A stretch of 64,000 nt of DNA from an uncultured Chitinophaga sp. Lineage in GTDB: Bacteria > Bacteroidota > Bacteroidia > UBA7662. The position numbers and the translations under genes are program-made. The notes below the pieces were generated by a model that saw only the letters and a list, made by a program, of their open reading frames with translations, was not told where the DNA came from and did no database searches. Within the stretch, counting starts at the first letter, position 1. Every line of letters starts with the position of its first letter. This document shows, piece after piece, positions 29,568 to 38,497 of the stretch. Location: positions 32,673 to 96,672 of the forward strand of contig CAZNWC010000008.1 of NCBI GenBank assembly GCA_964577055.1, given 5' to 3'.

Positions 29568-29614
29568 AAGGAACCGGAATGGCGTATTTTAGATTTGCAA
29601 AATAAAACAATTCC

Positions 29615-30223
29615 ATGAAAGCATTTTGGGACGAGCGTTATGCCGCATCCGAATACATCTATGGCGAACAACCCAATGTGTGGTTTGCCGAAAAATTACA
29701 AGCCCTGACTCCCGGCCGATTGTTGTTGCCTTGCGAAGGCGAAGGCCGGCAAGCTGTTCATGCGGCTGCCTTGGGCTGGGTAGTAGAAGCTTTCGACCAG
29801 AGCGAATTGGGGCGTGAAAAAGCCTTGGCTTTGGCAGCCAAACAGGGCCAAACCATCCACTACAGCCTGGCCGATGCCTTGGAATACCGGCATGCAGAGC
29901 CCTTCGATGCCCTGGCGTTGGTGTATGCCCATATGCCTGAAAACCTACGTGCAGCTTTTCACCAGCGGATGGCTGCGCAGCTTAAACCAGGCGGAACCCT
30001 GATCCTCGAAGGCTTTCATACCAGTCAGTTAGGTCGCTCCTCGGGTGGACCGCGTGACATGAGCATGCTTTTTACCCCCGAAATGCTAGAGGCCGATTTT
30101 GCTGGCTTCCACATCCTGCATTTGAACGTTGAAGAAGTGGTACTCAACGAAGGGGCTTACCACAACGGCGCCGCCAAGGTGGTGCGTTTGTTAGCGAGGA
30201 AGCCTCAGGAGAACACATTTTAA
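29615..30223 (+). CDS. class I SAM-dependent methyltransferase
   Basis: 'FWDERY...YG..PN', 'LPCEGEGR', 'LKPGG.LILEGF'; TAGATTTG -7 element at 29590. Confidence 0.88.
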   Translation: MKAFWDERYAASEYIYGEQPNVWFAEKLQALTPGRLLLPCEGEGRQAVHAAALGWVVEAFDQSELGREKALALAAKQGQTIHYSLADALEYRHAEPFDALALVYAHMPENLRAAFHQRMAAQLKPGGTLILEGFHTSQLGRSSGGPRDMSMLFTPEMLEADFAGFHILHLNVEEVVLNEGAYHNGAAKVVRLLARKPQENTF

Positions 30224-30236
30224 GCATCTTTGCAAG

Positions 30237-31250
30237 ATGAACATCCGTCCACGACGTAACCGCAAAAGTGCAGGTGTGCGCGACTTGGTGCGCGAAACCA
30301 CCCTCTCAACCAACGACCTGCTTTTCCCGCTTTTTTTGCTCGAAGACCGCAAAGCACGTGTGCCCGTAGCTTCCATGCCGGGCATCGACCGTTTGGGCAT
30401 GGACTTGCTTTTGCCCGAAATAGAAAGTTGTCTGAAGCTTGGCATCAAGGCATTTGATGTGTTTCCGGTGGTGCCCGAGTCATACAAAGACAAAATGGCC
30501 ACCTACAGTTATGCCGACGAAAATTTCTACAACAAGGCACTTGCCGAAATCAAGCAGCATTTCCCCGAGGCAGTCATCATGACCGATGTGGCCATGGATC
30601 CTTACAGTTCCGACGGCCACGACGGCATTGTTGAGAACGGCAGGATCCTCAACGACGAAACCCTCGAAGTGCTGGGCAAGATGGCCTTGGCCCAGGCACA
30701 AGCCGGCGCTGATATTATCGGCCCAAGCGATATGATGGACGGCAGGGTAGGGTACATTCGCACCGTGCTCGACGACCATGGCTTTACCGATGTAAGCATC
30801 ATGAGCTACACTGCCAAGTATGCCAGCGGCTTTTACGGTCCTTTCCGTGATGCATTAGACTCTGCTCCAAAGTTTGGCGATAAAAAAACCTACCAAATGG
30901 ACCCAGCCAACCGGCTCGAAGCCTTGCGCGAAGCCCTGCTCGATACTGAAGAAGGCGCCGATTTTCTGATGGTTAAGCCTGCCCTGGCATATTTAGATGT
31001 GATTCGATTGCTCAAAGACAACAGCGATTTGCCCATTGCCGCCTACAACGTCAGTGGCGAATATGCCATGATCAAGGCAGCAGCCATGCAAGGTTGGCTC
31101 GATTATGACCGGGTGATGATGGAAAGCCTGCTCAGCATCAAACGCGCCGGTGCCGACATTATCTTGACCTATTTCGCCAAAGACGCAGCCCAAATTCTCA
31201 AAAACGCCGGATATGCAACAGCCCATCCTCTTGCCTGTGGAAGGCAATAG
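30237..31250 (+). CDS. hemB: porphobilinogen synthase
   Basis: 'RPRRNR', 'DVAMDPYSSDGHDG', 'PSDMMDGR', 'YGPFRDA', 'MVKP', 'AYNVSGEY'. Confidence 0.97.
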   Translation: MNIRPRRNRKSAGVRDLVRETTLSTNDLLFPLFLLEDRKARVPVASMPGIDRLGMDLLLPEIESCLKLGIKAFDVFPVVPESYKDKMATYSYADENFYNKALAEIKQHFPEAVIMTDVAMDPYSSDGHDGIVENGRILNDETLEVLGKMALAQAQAGADIIGPSDMMDGRVGYIRTVLDDHGFTDVSIMSYTAKYASGFYGPFRDALDSAPKFGDKKTYQMDPANRLEALREALLDTEEGADFLMVKPALAYLDVIRLLKDNSDLPIAAYNVSGEYAMIKAAAMQGWLDYDRVMMESLLSIKRAGADIILTYFAKDAAQILKNAGYATAHPLACGRQ

Positions 31251-31731
31251 CCCCCAATTTGGTGAAAATTGTTTCCTGGCGCCCAACTGCACCGTGGTGG
31301 GCGATGTGGTAATGGGCGATGAGTGTACTGTATGGTTCAATGCCGTGGTACGCGGCGATGTAAACAGCATCCGCGTGGGCAAGCGCACCAACATCCAAGA
31401 TGGGGCGGTGATCCATTGTACCTACCAAAAAGCAGCAACCACCATAGGCGATGAGGTGAGCATTGGCCACAATGCCATTGTACATGGCTGTACTATCCAC
31501 AACAACGTGCTCATAGGCATGGGGGCGATTGTGATGGATGATGCCGTGGTAGAAGACAACTGCATTATTGCTGCGGGGGCAATTGTGCTAGAGCGTACCC
31601 GCTGCGAATCGGGTTGGATATATGCCGGCATTCCGGCCAAAAAAGTGAAACAAGTAAGCGCCGAACAGATCGCTGGTATGAAACGCACGGCGGGCAACTA
31701 TGTGATGTATGCGGGCTGGTTCAAGCCTTGA
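31213..31731 (+). CDS. gamma carbonic anhydrase family protein
   Basis: Hexapeptide repeats, 'RGDVN', 'NIQDG..IH', 'IGHNAIVHGC'. Confidence 0.93.
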   Translation: MQQPILLPVEGNSPQFGENCFLAPNCTVVGDVVMGDECTVWFNAVVRGDVNSIRVGKRTNIQDGAVIHCTYQKAATTIGDEVSIGHNAIVHGCTIHNNVLIGMGAIVMDDAVVEDNCIIAAGAIVLERTRCESGWIYAGIPAKKVKQVSAEQIAGMKRTAGNYVMYAGWFKP

Positions 31732-31801
31732 TTTTTATAACATTTTAATGACATATAAAAGCAGTGATGTGTTAACTTGCAACATCGCTTGAATCCTTGT
31801 T

Positions 31802-33931
31802 ATGAAATTACTTCTTCGCTTCATCTTCGGTATTTTTCTATCTGCCGCCTTTTCTGCGGAAGCTACCCACATTGCGGGTGGCCAAATCACCTATAAGTGT
31901 TTAGAACATGGCAATTTCGAATTTACCGTTAGCATCATTCGCGATTGTGGTGGCAATACAGCAGGTTTTGGTAATACCTCCATTACACTCAATGGCCCAC
32001 ATGGAACCACGAGTTTGCCATTGGTTGCTTCATTTGATTTTGGTCCAAGATGCGCCAGTGCTACCAGCATGACATGCAACCCACCCAGCACGGGTTTGGG
32101 TTCGGCTGGAGCGCAATCGAAATTCATTTTCAAGGGTATTGTTAATTTGGCAGCTCTTTCACCTGCACCAGTGAGTGTAGGTTATACTTTTTGGGTGACC
32201 TTGCCCTGTTGCAGATCCAATGTGATTTCTAATTCTTTGGCAGTAAGCGGTTCCCAAAGCTTGGTTGTCAGGATGTATCGATTCACCGACCCCCTAACTG
32301 GCAATGCCTTGAGTCCTGCGCAGCTTTGTGACGCCTCACCCGATTTTTTGCAAGACCAGGCAATGGTCTTTTTAAACAATCCGCAAGATACCATTCGTTT
32401 GCAACACAGTGGATTTGATCGCAATCTTGAAGATTCGTTGGTTTACAGGGTCATTGCACCTCTCAATGACCAGCGTATACCTTATGCTTTTACTTCTCCC
32501 TATTCACTTAGTAATCCCATCCCGGGCTTACTTGGCCCCAATGTAGTGGGAGCGGGCAACTTCCCCATTAACCCCGCAAATGGTGAAGTGGTTTTTATGC
32601 CAAGTGTTTTGGGTAGTTTTGTGATGCCAGTACAAATCCTTGCCTTTCGCAGGGGGCAATTGATCGCTGAAGTTACACGTGACCAAATCATCCGGGTCGT
32701 TCCTTATAGCACAGGTACGCCACCCACCATCCCTGGAAGCAATGTGGCCTTTATGCAACGTGCACCGCAAATTTTACCTCCGGCATCGCTGGTTTCGGGA
32801 CAAAATGGATTTGTTTGGGATTTTTATGCAGGCGATACCGTTCGTTTATTTCTGCGCGCCAACGACTATTTTCCTTCGCTTAGCGGGGATCCTTCGGTGC
32901 CTTCTACCTGGGTCCCCGTACTCAATCCGCTTCGTTTGGCACTCAATGGCCCCATGATCAGTACAGACCATGTTGCAGCAACCGGATGTGCTTTGCCGAA
33001 TTGCGCTTCTATGAGAGGTCTTTTAGACCCTTTGCCGCCGACACCTATTGCTCAACTGCCTGTGAATTTGCAACAAGGAAACGGTCTTTTGGTGGGCCAA
33101 GGATATGGTGGTGTTGTTGAAACAGGTGCACAGTTTCATTGGGCCACCTCTTGTGCGTTGATGCCCGCTATTGGAGGTATCGTACCTTTCCAATTCCGAG
33201 TTATCGCTATGGATTCGGCCTGTTTGTTGGAGGGAAGAAACGATGCAACTGTAACAGTGCGCTTGCATGATTTGCCTTTGACTACTGCTCCTCTTTTGAC
33301 AAGACTCTCCTTTGATACCGTTCACTTGGAGTATACCCTGCATTTTAGACCTAACATCGATACTGTTTCAATCGATCCATTCGATCGCGACAATTTCCCC
33401 CAGCTTTCACCCGCAGCTTTAAAGGCACGCTCGGTGGGTCGTCGATTGGCGTCTTTTGGTTCATATAGGATTTATAGAAGCAACCAAGCCCAAGGTCCTT
33501 GGCAGTGGATAGGTGAGACGACACGGCCATTCGATTCTACTTTTACAGATAGTAGTGTGTTTGCTGTTGGACATACTGTTTTCTATCAAATAAGATCGAT
33601 TTCAGGATGTGCTGCCCAAGAGGTTTCCGGCAATACCTTGTCAGCAACATTTAGTTTTACCTCTGTGCCTCAGTTGGTCGGTCGCATTTCCATCCAACTG
33701 GTGCCAAATCCCGGTCGCGATTGGTATCGTTTGCAAGGGCTTGAGGGTGCATTTTTACCTAAGGTTTGGCAACTCAGAGACATGCAGGGGCGCGTAGTAA
33801 AGCAGATTATGGTGCCCGCATCGAGTGCAACATTTGCATTCGATATGAGCGATTTGCCAGCAGGCGTATACCTATTGCAATCAGCGGAAGTTGGAACCCA
33901 TTTCCGATTGATGCATCAGCCAGGACAGTAA
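31802..33931 (+). CDS. T9SS type A cargo protein of unknown function
   Basis: Signal peptide then 'ATHIAGGQITYKC'; CTD 'LVPNPG...RDMQGRVV...LPAGVYLL'. Confidence 0.82.
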   Translation: MKLLLRFIFGIFLSAAFSAEATHIAGGQITYKCLEHGNFEFTVSIIRDCGGNTAGFGNTSITLNGPHGTTSLPLVASFDFGPRCASATSMTCNPPSTGLGSAGAQSKFIFKGIVNLAALSPAPVSVGYTFWVTLPCCRSNVISNSLAVSGSQSLVVRMYRFTDPLTGNALSPAQLCDASPDFLQDQAMVFLNNPQDTIRLQHSGFDRNLEDSLVYRVIAPLNDQRIPYAFTSPYSLSNPIPGLLGPNVVGAGNFPINPANGEVVFMPSVLGSFVMPVQILAFRRGQLIAEVTRDQIIRVVPYSTGTPPTIPGSNVAFMQRAPQILPPASLVSGQNGFVWDFYAGDTVRLFLRANDYFPSLSGDPSVPSTWVPVLNPLRLALNGPMISTDHVAATGCALPNCASMRGLLDPLPPTPIAQLPVNLQQGNGLLVGQGYGGVVETGAQFHWATSCALMPAIGGIVPFQFRVIAMDSACLLEGRNDATVTVRLHDLPLTTAPLLTRLSFDTVHLEYTLHFRPNIDTVSIDPFDRDNFPQLSPAALKARSVGRRLASFGSYRIYRSNQAQGPWQWIGETTRPFDSTFTDSSVFAVGHTVFYQIRSISGCAAQEVSGNTLSATFSFTSVPQLVGRISIQLVPNPGRDWYRLQGLEGAFLPKVWQLRDMQGRVVKQIMVPASSATFAFDMSDLPAGVYLLQSAEVGTHFRLMHQPGQ

Positions 33932-34184
33932 GCCACATTTCGCAATTTTAGCTTTGAGAAACTCGCGCAAAAGGCTAATTTAGAGTTTGGTATGTGCTGT
34001 CCTCATATGAAGAGAGCAGCAACAAGGTACCAAACCGTATGTTATGCTTAAAAAATTACGTGGTTTAACAGCTTTTTTGCTTGTTCTGCTTATTGCTCGA
34101 AGTAAAAGTGCTTCACACATTTTAGGGGGTGAAATCTCCTATTGGTTTAATGGGTTTTTAATTCGGCGCCTCTTATCTTGCCCT

Positions 34185-37100
34185 ATGGTTTTACCGAAGA
34201 TAAGTTGGACAAAGTGGCTGTTTGTTTCTTTGTTGTTTTTTACTTTTCAAACCAAGGCAACGCATATTCTCGGTGGTGAGATTTCGTACCGGTGTTTGAA
34301 TGCCAGCGGATTGTATGAATTTACCGTAACGGTTTTCAGGGATTGTGGGCCTACACCCGGAGGTTTTCCCTCTGCTGGGTTTGGCAACACCAACATCAAC
34401 CTGATGGGCCCCCATGGCACAGCCAATTTGCCTTTATTGCTTTCTGCGGATGTTTCTCCGCGTTGTGCCACAGGCTTGGCTTTTAGTTGCAATCCACCTT
34501 CTACAGGTGCTGGCGTTCAAGGGTCAATTTCGAAGTTTGTGTTTCGTGGTAATGTAAACTTGGGTGCAGTAGCAGCACCTCCTGTGGGTATTGGCCATAC
34601 CTTTTGGGTTACTTTGCCCTGTTGCAGGCCCGAAATCAACAATTCTTTGGCTTCAAATGGTTCGCAGTCATTGCAGGTGAAGATGTATCGGTATACCGAT
34701 CCTCTTACTGGCAATGCTTTAACGCCGGCACAGATGTGTGACAACTCGCCTACCTTTATTTCGGATCCGACAGCTTTGGCGATCTTAAATCCGAATGATA
34801 CCATTTTCTTCCAGAATTTTGCCCTTGATCCTGACATTCAGGACTCAACCGTTTTTGGTATTGGTGCCCCATTGAATGACACGCGCGTTCCCTACGCTTA
34901 CACTTTCCCGTACGCTTTGAACAATCCATTGCCAGGTATCTTGGGCCCGCCTACCATCACGGCTGCCAATACCCCCATCAATCCTACTTCGGGCGAGATT
35001 GTTTTTCGCCCAACAGTTACGGGTACTTTTGTGACGGTGATTAAGGTTTCTTCTTACCGTTGTGGGCAATTGATTTCTGAAGTATTCCGTGATTTTAACG
35101 TAAAGATTATTCCCAATCCCGGTGGTGCGCCACCACCTTTTAATCCAAACCCTGCATCACCGAACCATGCCTTCAGCCAACGTGCGCCTATTATCCAGCC
35201 GTACTTTTTAGATGCTACGGGTCTTGGTTTGTACAACATCACCTACTATGCGGGCGATACGGTTGACATTCCGGTATCGGCTACGGACTATTTTCCTACT
35301 CTTTCGGGCAATCCTGCCGATCCGACTACCTGGGTGCCGGTATTGAACACCTTCAGGGTGGTATTTAACGGTTCAGTGCTGAGCACGACCAACAACCCTG
35401 CGAGTGGTTGTCCGTTCCCGCCCTGCGCCACCTTGCGGGGGGTGTTGGATCCGGGTTTACCTGCTCCTCCTGTGAACGTGCCTACGGTACTGACGGGAGG
35501 CAACGGTCAAGCCATCGGCCAGGGTTATACGGCGGTAGCCGAAGGGGGTGGTCGTTTGATTTGGCGGCCTGATTGCGCGAACCTTCCGAGCAATGCCACC
35601 ACAGCCTGCGGAACATCGGTATCGAGCTATCAGGTGGCGGTTACTGCCATTGACCAGAACTGTCCGGTAGAAGGGCGCGACTCACGGGTGTATACCTTCA
35701 CTATTCGCGACTTGCCTGAGTTGAAGGCTCCCCGCTTTTATGGTGTGTCGGCTGTTGGTGCAAACAATACGGTTCGGATATACATGGAGCCGGAGCTCGA
35801 TACCTTGCTGATAGACCCGATCGACAGCTTCAACTACCAGAACCAAACCACCGCCTTTAAGCTGTTCAAGTCGGTAGACCGCCGTCGCCGCTCGTTTGAG
35901 TATTACCACGTATACCGGTCAACCTCACCCACGGGGCCGTTTACCCAGGTGGCTACCATCAACCAATTGTACACCTATGAGTGGAACGATACGGGTTTGG
36001 ACCTGGTGAACAACGATTATTATTACTATTTAACTACGGTATCTACCTGCGCATCGATAGAGTCGGCACCATCGGATACGATGAAGGTGATTCGCCTGCG
36101 CCTTAACAACAACGTAGCTGCGGGTTTGGCAGAACTAACATGGGATTCGATTGGAAGTCCGCGTTTCGACTACCTGGCAAACCACACTGGTCGTTATGTG
36201 ATAGAACGCGAGGTGCACAATGTGAGTCCCGGCGTATGGGAGCGAATAGATTCTGTTTCAGACATTTACCAGTACAGCCATCCGGTGGTGGTGTGCGACG
36301 ATTCGGTGAACTACCGGGTAGCCTTGATCGATACCAACGGCACGCCTTATTACTCACAGGTCGACGGGGATGATTTCAGGGACAATTTCCCGCCCGACAG
36401 TGTGATCATTCACCATGTGTCGGTGGATAGCATCACAGGATTGCCCTTGCTGAGCTGGTTGCCTGGTCCAAGTCCGGATGTAATTGCCTATGTGATTTAC
36501 CGGATGGACTTAACGGTGAACCCACCGGTAGCCATTCCGATTGACACGATTTACGGTTTCAACAACACCTATTGGTGGGATACCACGAGCATGCAAAATC
36601 CTTTCGACAGTTCGTTACACTACGGCATTGCGGGCTTGGATTCATGCGGCAATTTGGGCTTGATATCACGCACCCACAGCAGCATGCGCCTGGCGGGTGG
36701 CTTGGACCAGTGTATATCCTCGATTGTATTTGGCTGGAACGCCTACCGGGGCTGGGACCAGGTAGCGAACTACGAGATTTACCGTTCGGCCTCGGGTGGT
36801 CCATGGTCGCTGCTATCCACCATTGCGGGTGGTCAGCCACAGTACCAATACATCGACAATGACAATCTGATTACCGATTCGCTGTATTGCTACGTGATTC
36901 GTGCTACCCGACCGGGTGATGACACCACGGCCTTGTCGAACCCGATATGCGTAACGGCCCGTGTGATCCGCGAGCCGGAGTACACCTACATACGCAGGGT
37001 GACGGTAGACAGCACTTCAGGCTTGATCCATGTGCGTTTTGCCATCGATACGGCGGCAGATGCGGGTCGGTTTGAGTTGTACCGCTCAACGGCCTCGAGC

Positions 37101-37856
37101 GACTTTAGGTTGGTAGATGCTTTTGGTCCGGTGAACATGAACCTAAACGGCGGCTTTTTGGAGTATGAGTTCATTGACCAGGAAGCCGAGCCACACAAGG
37201 AGGTGTATTTCTACCGGGTATATGCCTACGATTTGTGCGATCAGCTGTTCGATACGTCGAATACCTCCAACAACATCTACTTGCAGGCCACGGCAGAGAT
37301 TGACTTCTTCAACAACCTGCGTTGGAACAGCTATGCCGACTGGTTGGGTGGAGTAGATGGATATGACATACTGCGATTTATTCCGGAGGAAGACTTGACC
37401 TATGTACCCTTGAACCGTTTGGGGGCGAACAGTGTGGTGTATGCCGACGATATCAAGAACTTCACCGACAACGATGGCTTGTACCGCTATTTGGTACAGG
37501 CGGTAGAAGGTGCGGGCAATCCGGCGGGCTTCAGCGATACTTCGTTGTCGAATGTGGTGGAGGTAATCCAGCAGCCGCGGGTGTTCATGCCAACGGCCTA
37601 CATGCCCTTGGGAGTAAACCGCTTGTTGTTCCCCAAAGGGGTATTTATAGAGGAGCGGGCGGGTTATTCGTTTGAGATATACAACCGTTGGGGCGAATTG
37701 GTATTTGCTACGAACGACTTCACGAAAGCTTGGGATGGTCGCGCGGCAGGTTCGGGTGAGTATGTAGACCCTGGGGTGTATGTGTTTGTGATGAACTTCA
37801 TCGGCAAAAACGGCAAGGCCTACAAACAAAATGGCACCTTTACCGTGATACGGTAA
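34185..37856 (+). CDS. large T9SS type B (gliding motility-associated CTD) cargo protein with FN3/Ig-like repeats
   Basis: Signal peptide from ATG 34185 (frame open from 34044); repeated 'YxIYRS..GP' modules; CTD 'FMPTAY.P.G.N...IYNRWGELVF...WDG...GVYV...GTFTVIR'. Confidence 0.85.
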   Translation: MVLPKISWTKWLFVSLLFFTFQTKATHILGGEISYRCLNASGLYEFTVTVFRDCGPTPGGFPSAGFGNTNINLMGPHGTANLPLLLSADVSPRCATGLAFSCNPPSTGAGVQGSISKFVFRGNVNLGAVAAPPVGIGHTFWVTLPCCRPEINNSLASNGSQSLQVKMYRYTDPLTGNALTPAQMCDNSPTFISDPTALAILNPNDTIFFQNFALDPDIQDSTVFGIGAPLNDTRVPYAYTFPYALNNPLPGILGPPTITAANTPINPTSGEIVFRPTVTGTFVTVIKVSSYRCGQLISEVFRDFNVKIIPNPGGAPPPFNPNPASPNHAFSQRAPIIQPYFLDATGLGLYNITYYAGDTVDIPVSATDYFPTLSGNPADPTTWVPVLNTFRVVFNGSVLSTTNNPASGCPFPPCATLRGVLDPGLPAPPVNVPTVLTGGNGQAIGQGYTAVAEGGGRLIWRPDCANLPSNATTACGTSVSSYQVAVTAIDQNCPVEGRDSRVYTFTIRDLPELKAPRFYGVSAVGANNTVRIYMEPELDTLLIDPIDSFNYQNQTTAFKLFKSVDRRRRSFEYYHVYRSTSPTGPFTQVATINQLYTYEWNDTGLDLVNNDYYYYLTTVSTCASIESAPSDTMKVIRLRLNNNVAAGLAELTWDSIGSPRFDYLANHTGRYVIEREVHNVSPGVWERIDSVSDIYQYSHPVVVCDDSVNYRVALIDTNGTPYYSQVDGDDFRDNFPPDSVIIHHVSVDSITGLPLLSWLPGPSPDVIAYVIYRMDLTVNPPVAIPIDTIYGFNNTYWWDTTSMQNPFDSSLHYGIAGLDSCGNLGLISRTHSSMRLAGGLDQCISSIVFGWNAYRGWDQVANYEIYRSASGGPWSLLSTIAGGQPQYQYIDNDNLITDSLYCYVIRATRPGDDTTALSNPICVTARVIREPEYTYIRRVTVDSTSGLIHVRFAIDTAADAGRFELYRSTASSDFRLVDAFGPVNMNLNGGFLEYEFIDQEAEPHKEVYFYRVYAYDLCDQLFDTSNTSNNIYLQATAEIDFFNNLRWNSYADWLGGVDGYDILRFIPEEDLTYVPLNRLGANSVVYADDIKNFTDNDGLYRYLVQAVEGAGNPAGFSDTSLSNVVEVIQQPRVFMPTAYMPLGVNRLLFPKGVFIEERAGYSFEIYNRWGELVFATNDFTKAWDGRAAGSGEYVDPGVYVFVMNFIGKNGKAYKQNGTFTVIR

Positions 37857-37877
37857 GTGATGATAGCAATTGATTTG

Positions 37878-37905
37878 AGGCCCGGTTTTCCGGGCCTTAT
37901 TTTTT
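37878..37905 (+). terminator. Rho-independent terminator
   Basis: AGGCCCGG-TTTT-CCGGGCCT followed by TATTTTTT. Confidence 0.75.
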
Positions 37906-38466
37906 GTATTGCCCCGCTATTTCATCGAGCATTTCGAACCACTCACTCCCATATTTCCGGCTGAGTGGGGCCTTGAGAAATTTGTAAACGGGCACTTTTA
38001 AATTTTCGCCACATGCGCAAGCCGGTGAACAGATGTCCCATTGATGGTAATTGAGTGCATCGTAATGTTTCAATTTTTCAATTCTGATTGGGTAAAGGTG
38101 ACAGGAAATGGGTTTTAAGAAGTCACTTTTTCCCGCCTTGTGCGCAAGTTCTATGGCGCATTGCCAAGTTCCAGAACCATCTTTCGCCGCAAAAACACAT
38201 GCACGACCATTGACCGTAGTGGTAACCAATTCACGATCGGGCGCCAATTCGTAAAAGCCCTCGGTATCCAAAACAGCCAGCCCTTCGGCAGCCATAAAAG
38301 GCCGAATGCCATCCAAATTGGCTTCAATTTGGTCTAACTCTTCCATCTCAAGCGGGGCGCCCAAATCTCCCTCTTCACAGCAAGCACCTTTGCAAGCAGC
38401 CAAATCGCACACGAAATGCTTTTCCAGCAAATCGTCGGACACCAAAACATCTTCAATCAACAACAT
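37897..38466 (-). CDS. DUF3109 family Cys-rich protein
   Basis: 'FVCDLAACKGACCEEGDLGAPL', 'KPISCHLYPIR', 'WDICSPAC'; start ATG 38466. Confidence 0.88.
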   Translation of the reverse strand: MLLIEDVLVSDDLLEKHFVCDLAACKGACCEEGDLGAPLEMEELDQIEANLDGIRPFMAAEGLAVLDTEGFYELAPDRELVTTTVNGRACVFAAKDGSGTWQCAIELAHKAGKSDFLKPISCHLYPIRIEKLKHYDALNYHQWDICSPACACGENLKVPVYKFLKAPLSRKYGSEWFEMLDEIAGQYKK

Positions 38467-38497
38467 GTACAAAATTACACACTGCACAGCAATCGCC

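Noticed and set aside
29319-31731. Genes downstream of tRNA-Asn as a genomic island
   Set aside because: They are housekeeping-type (cytochrome b5, hemB, gamma-CA); no integrase or distal att repeat was seen.
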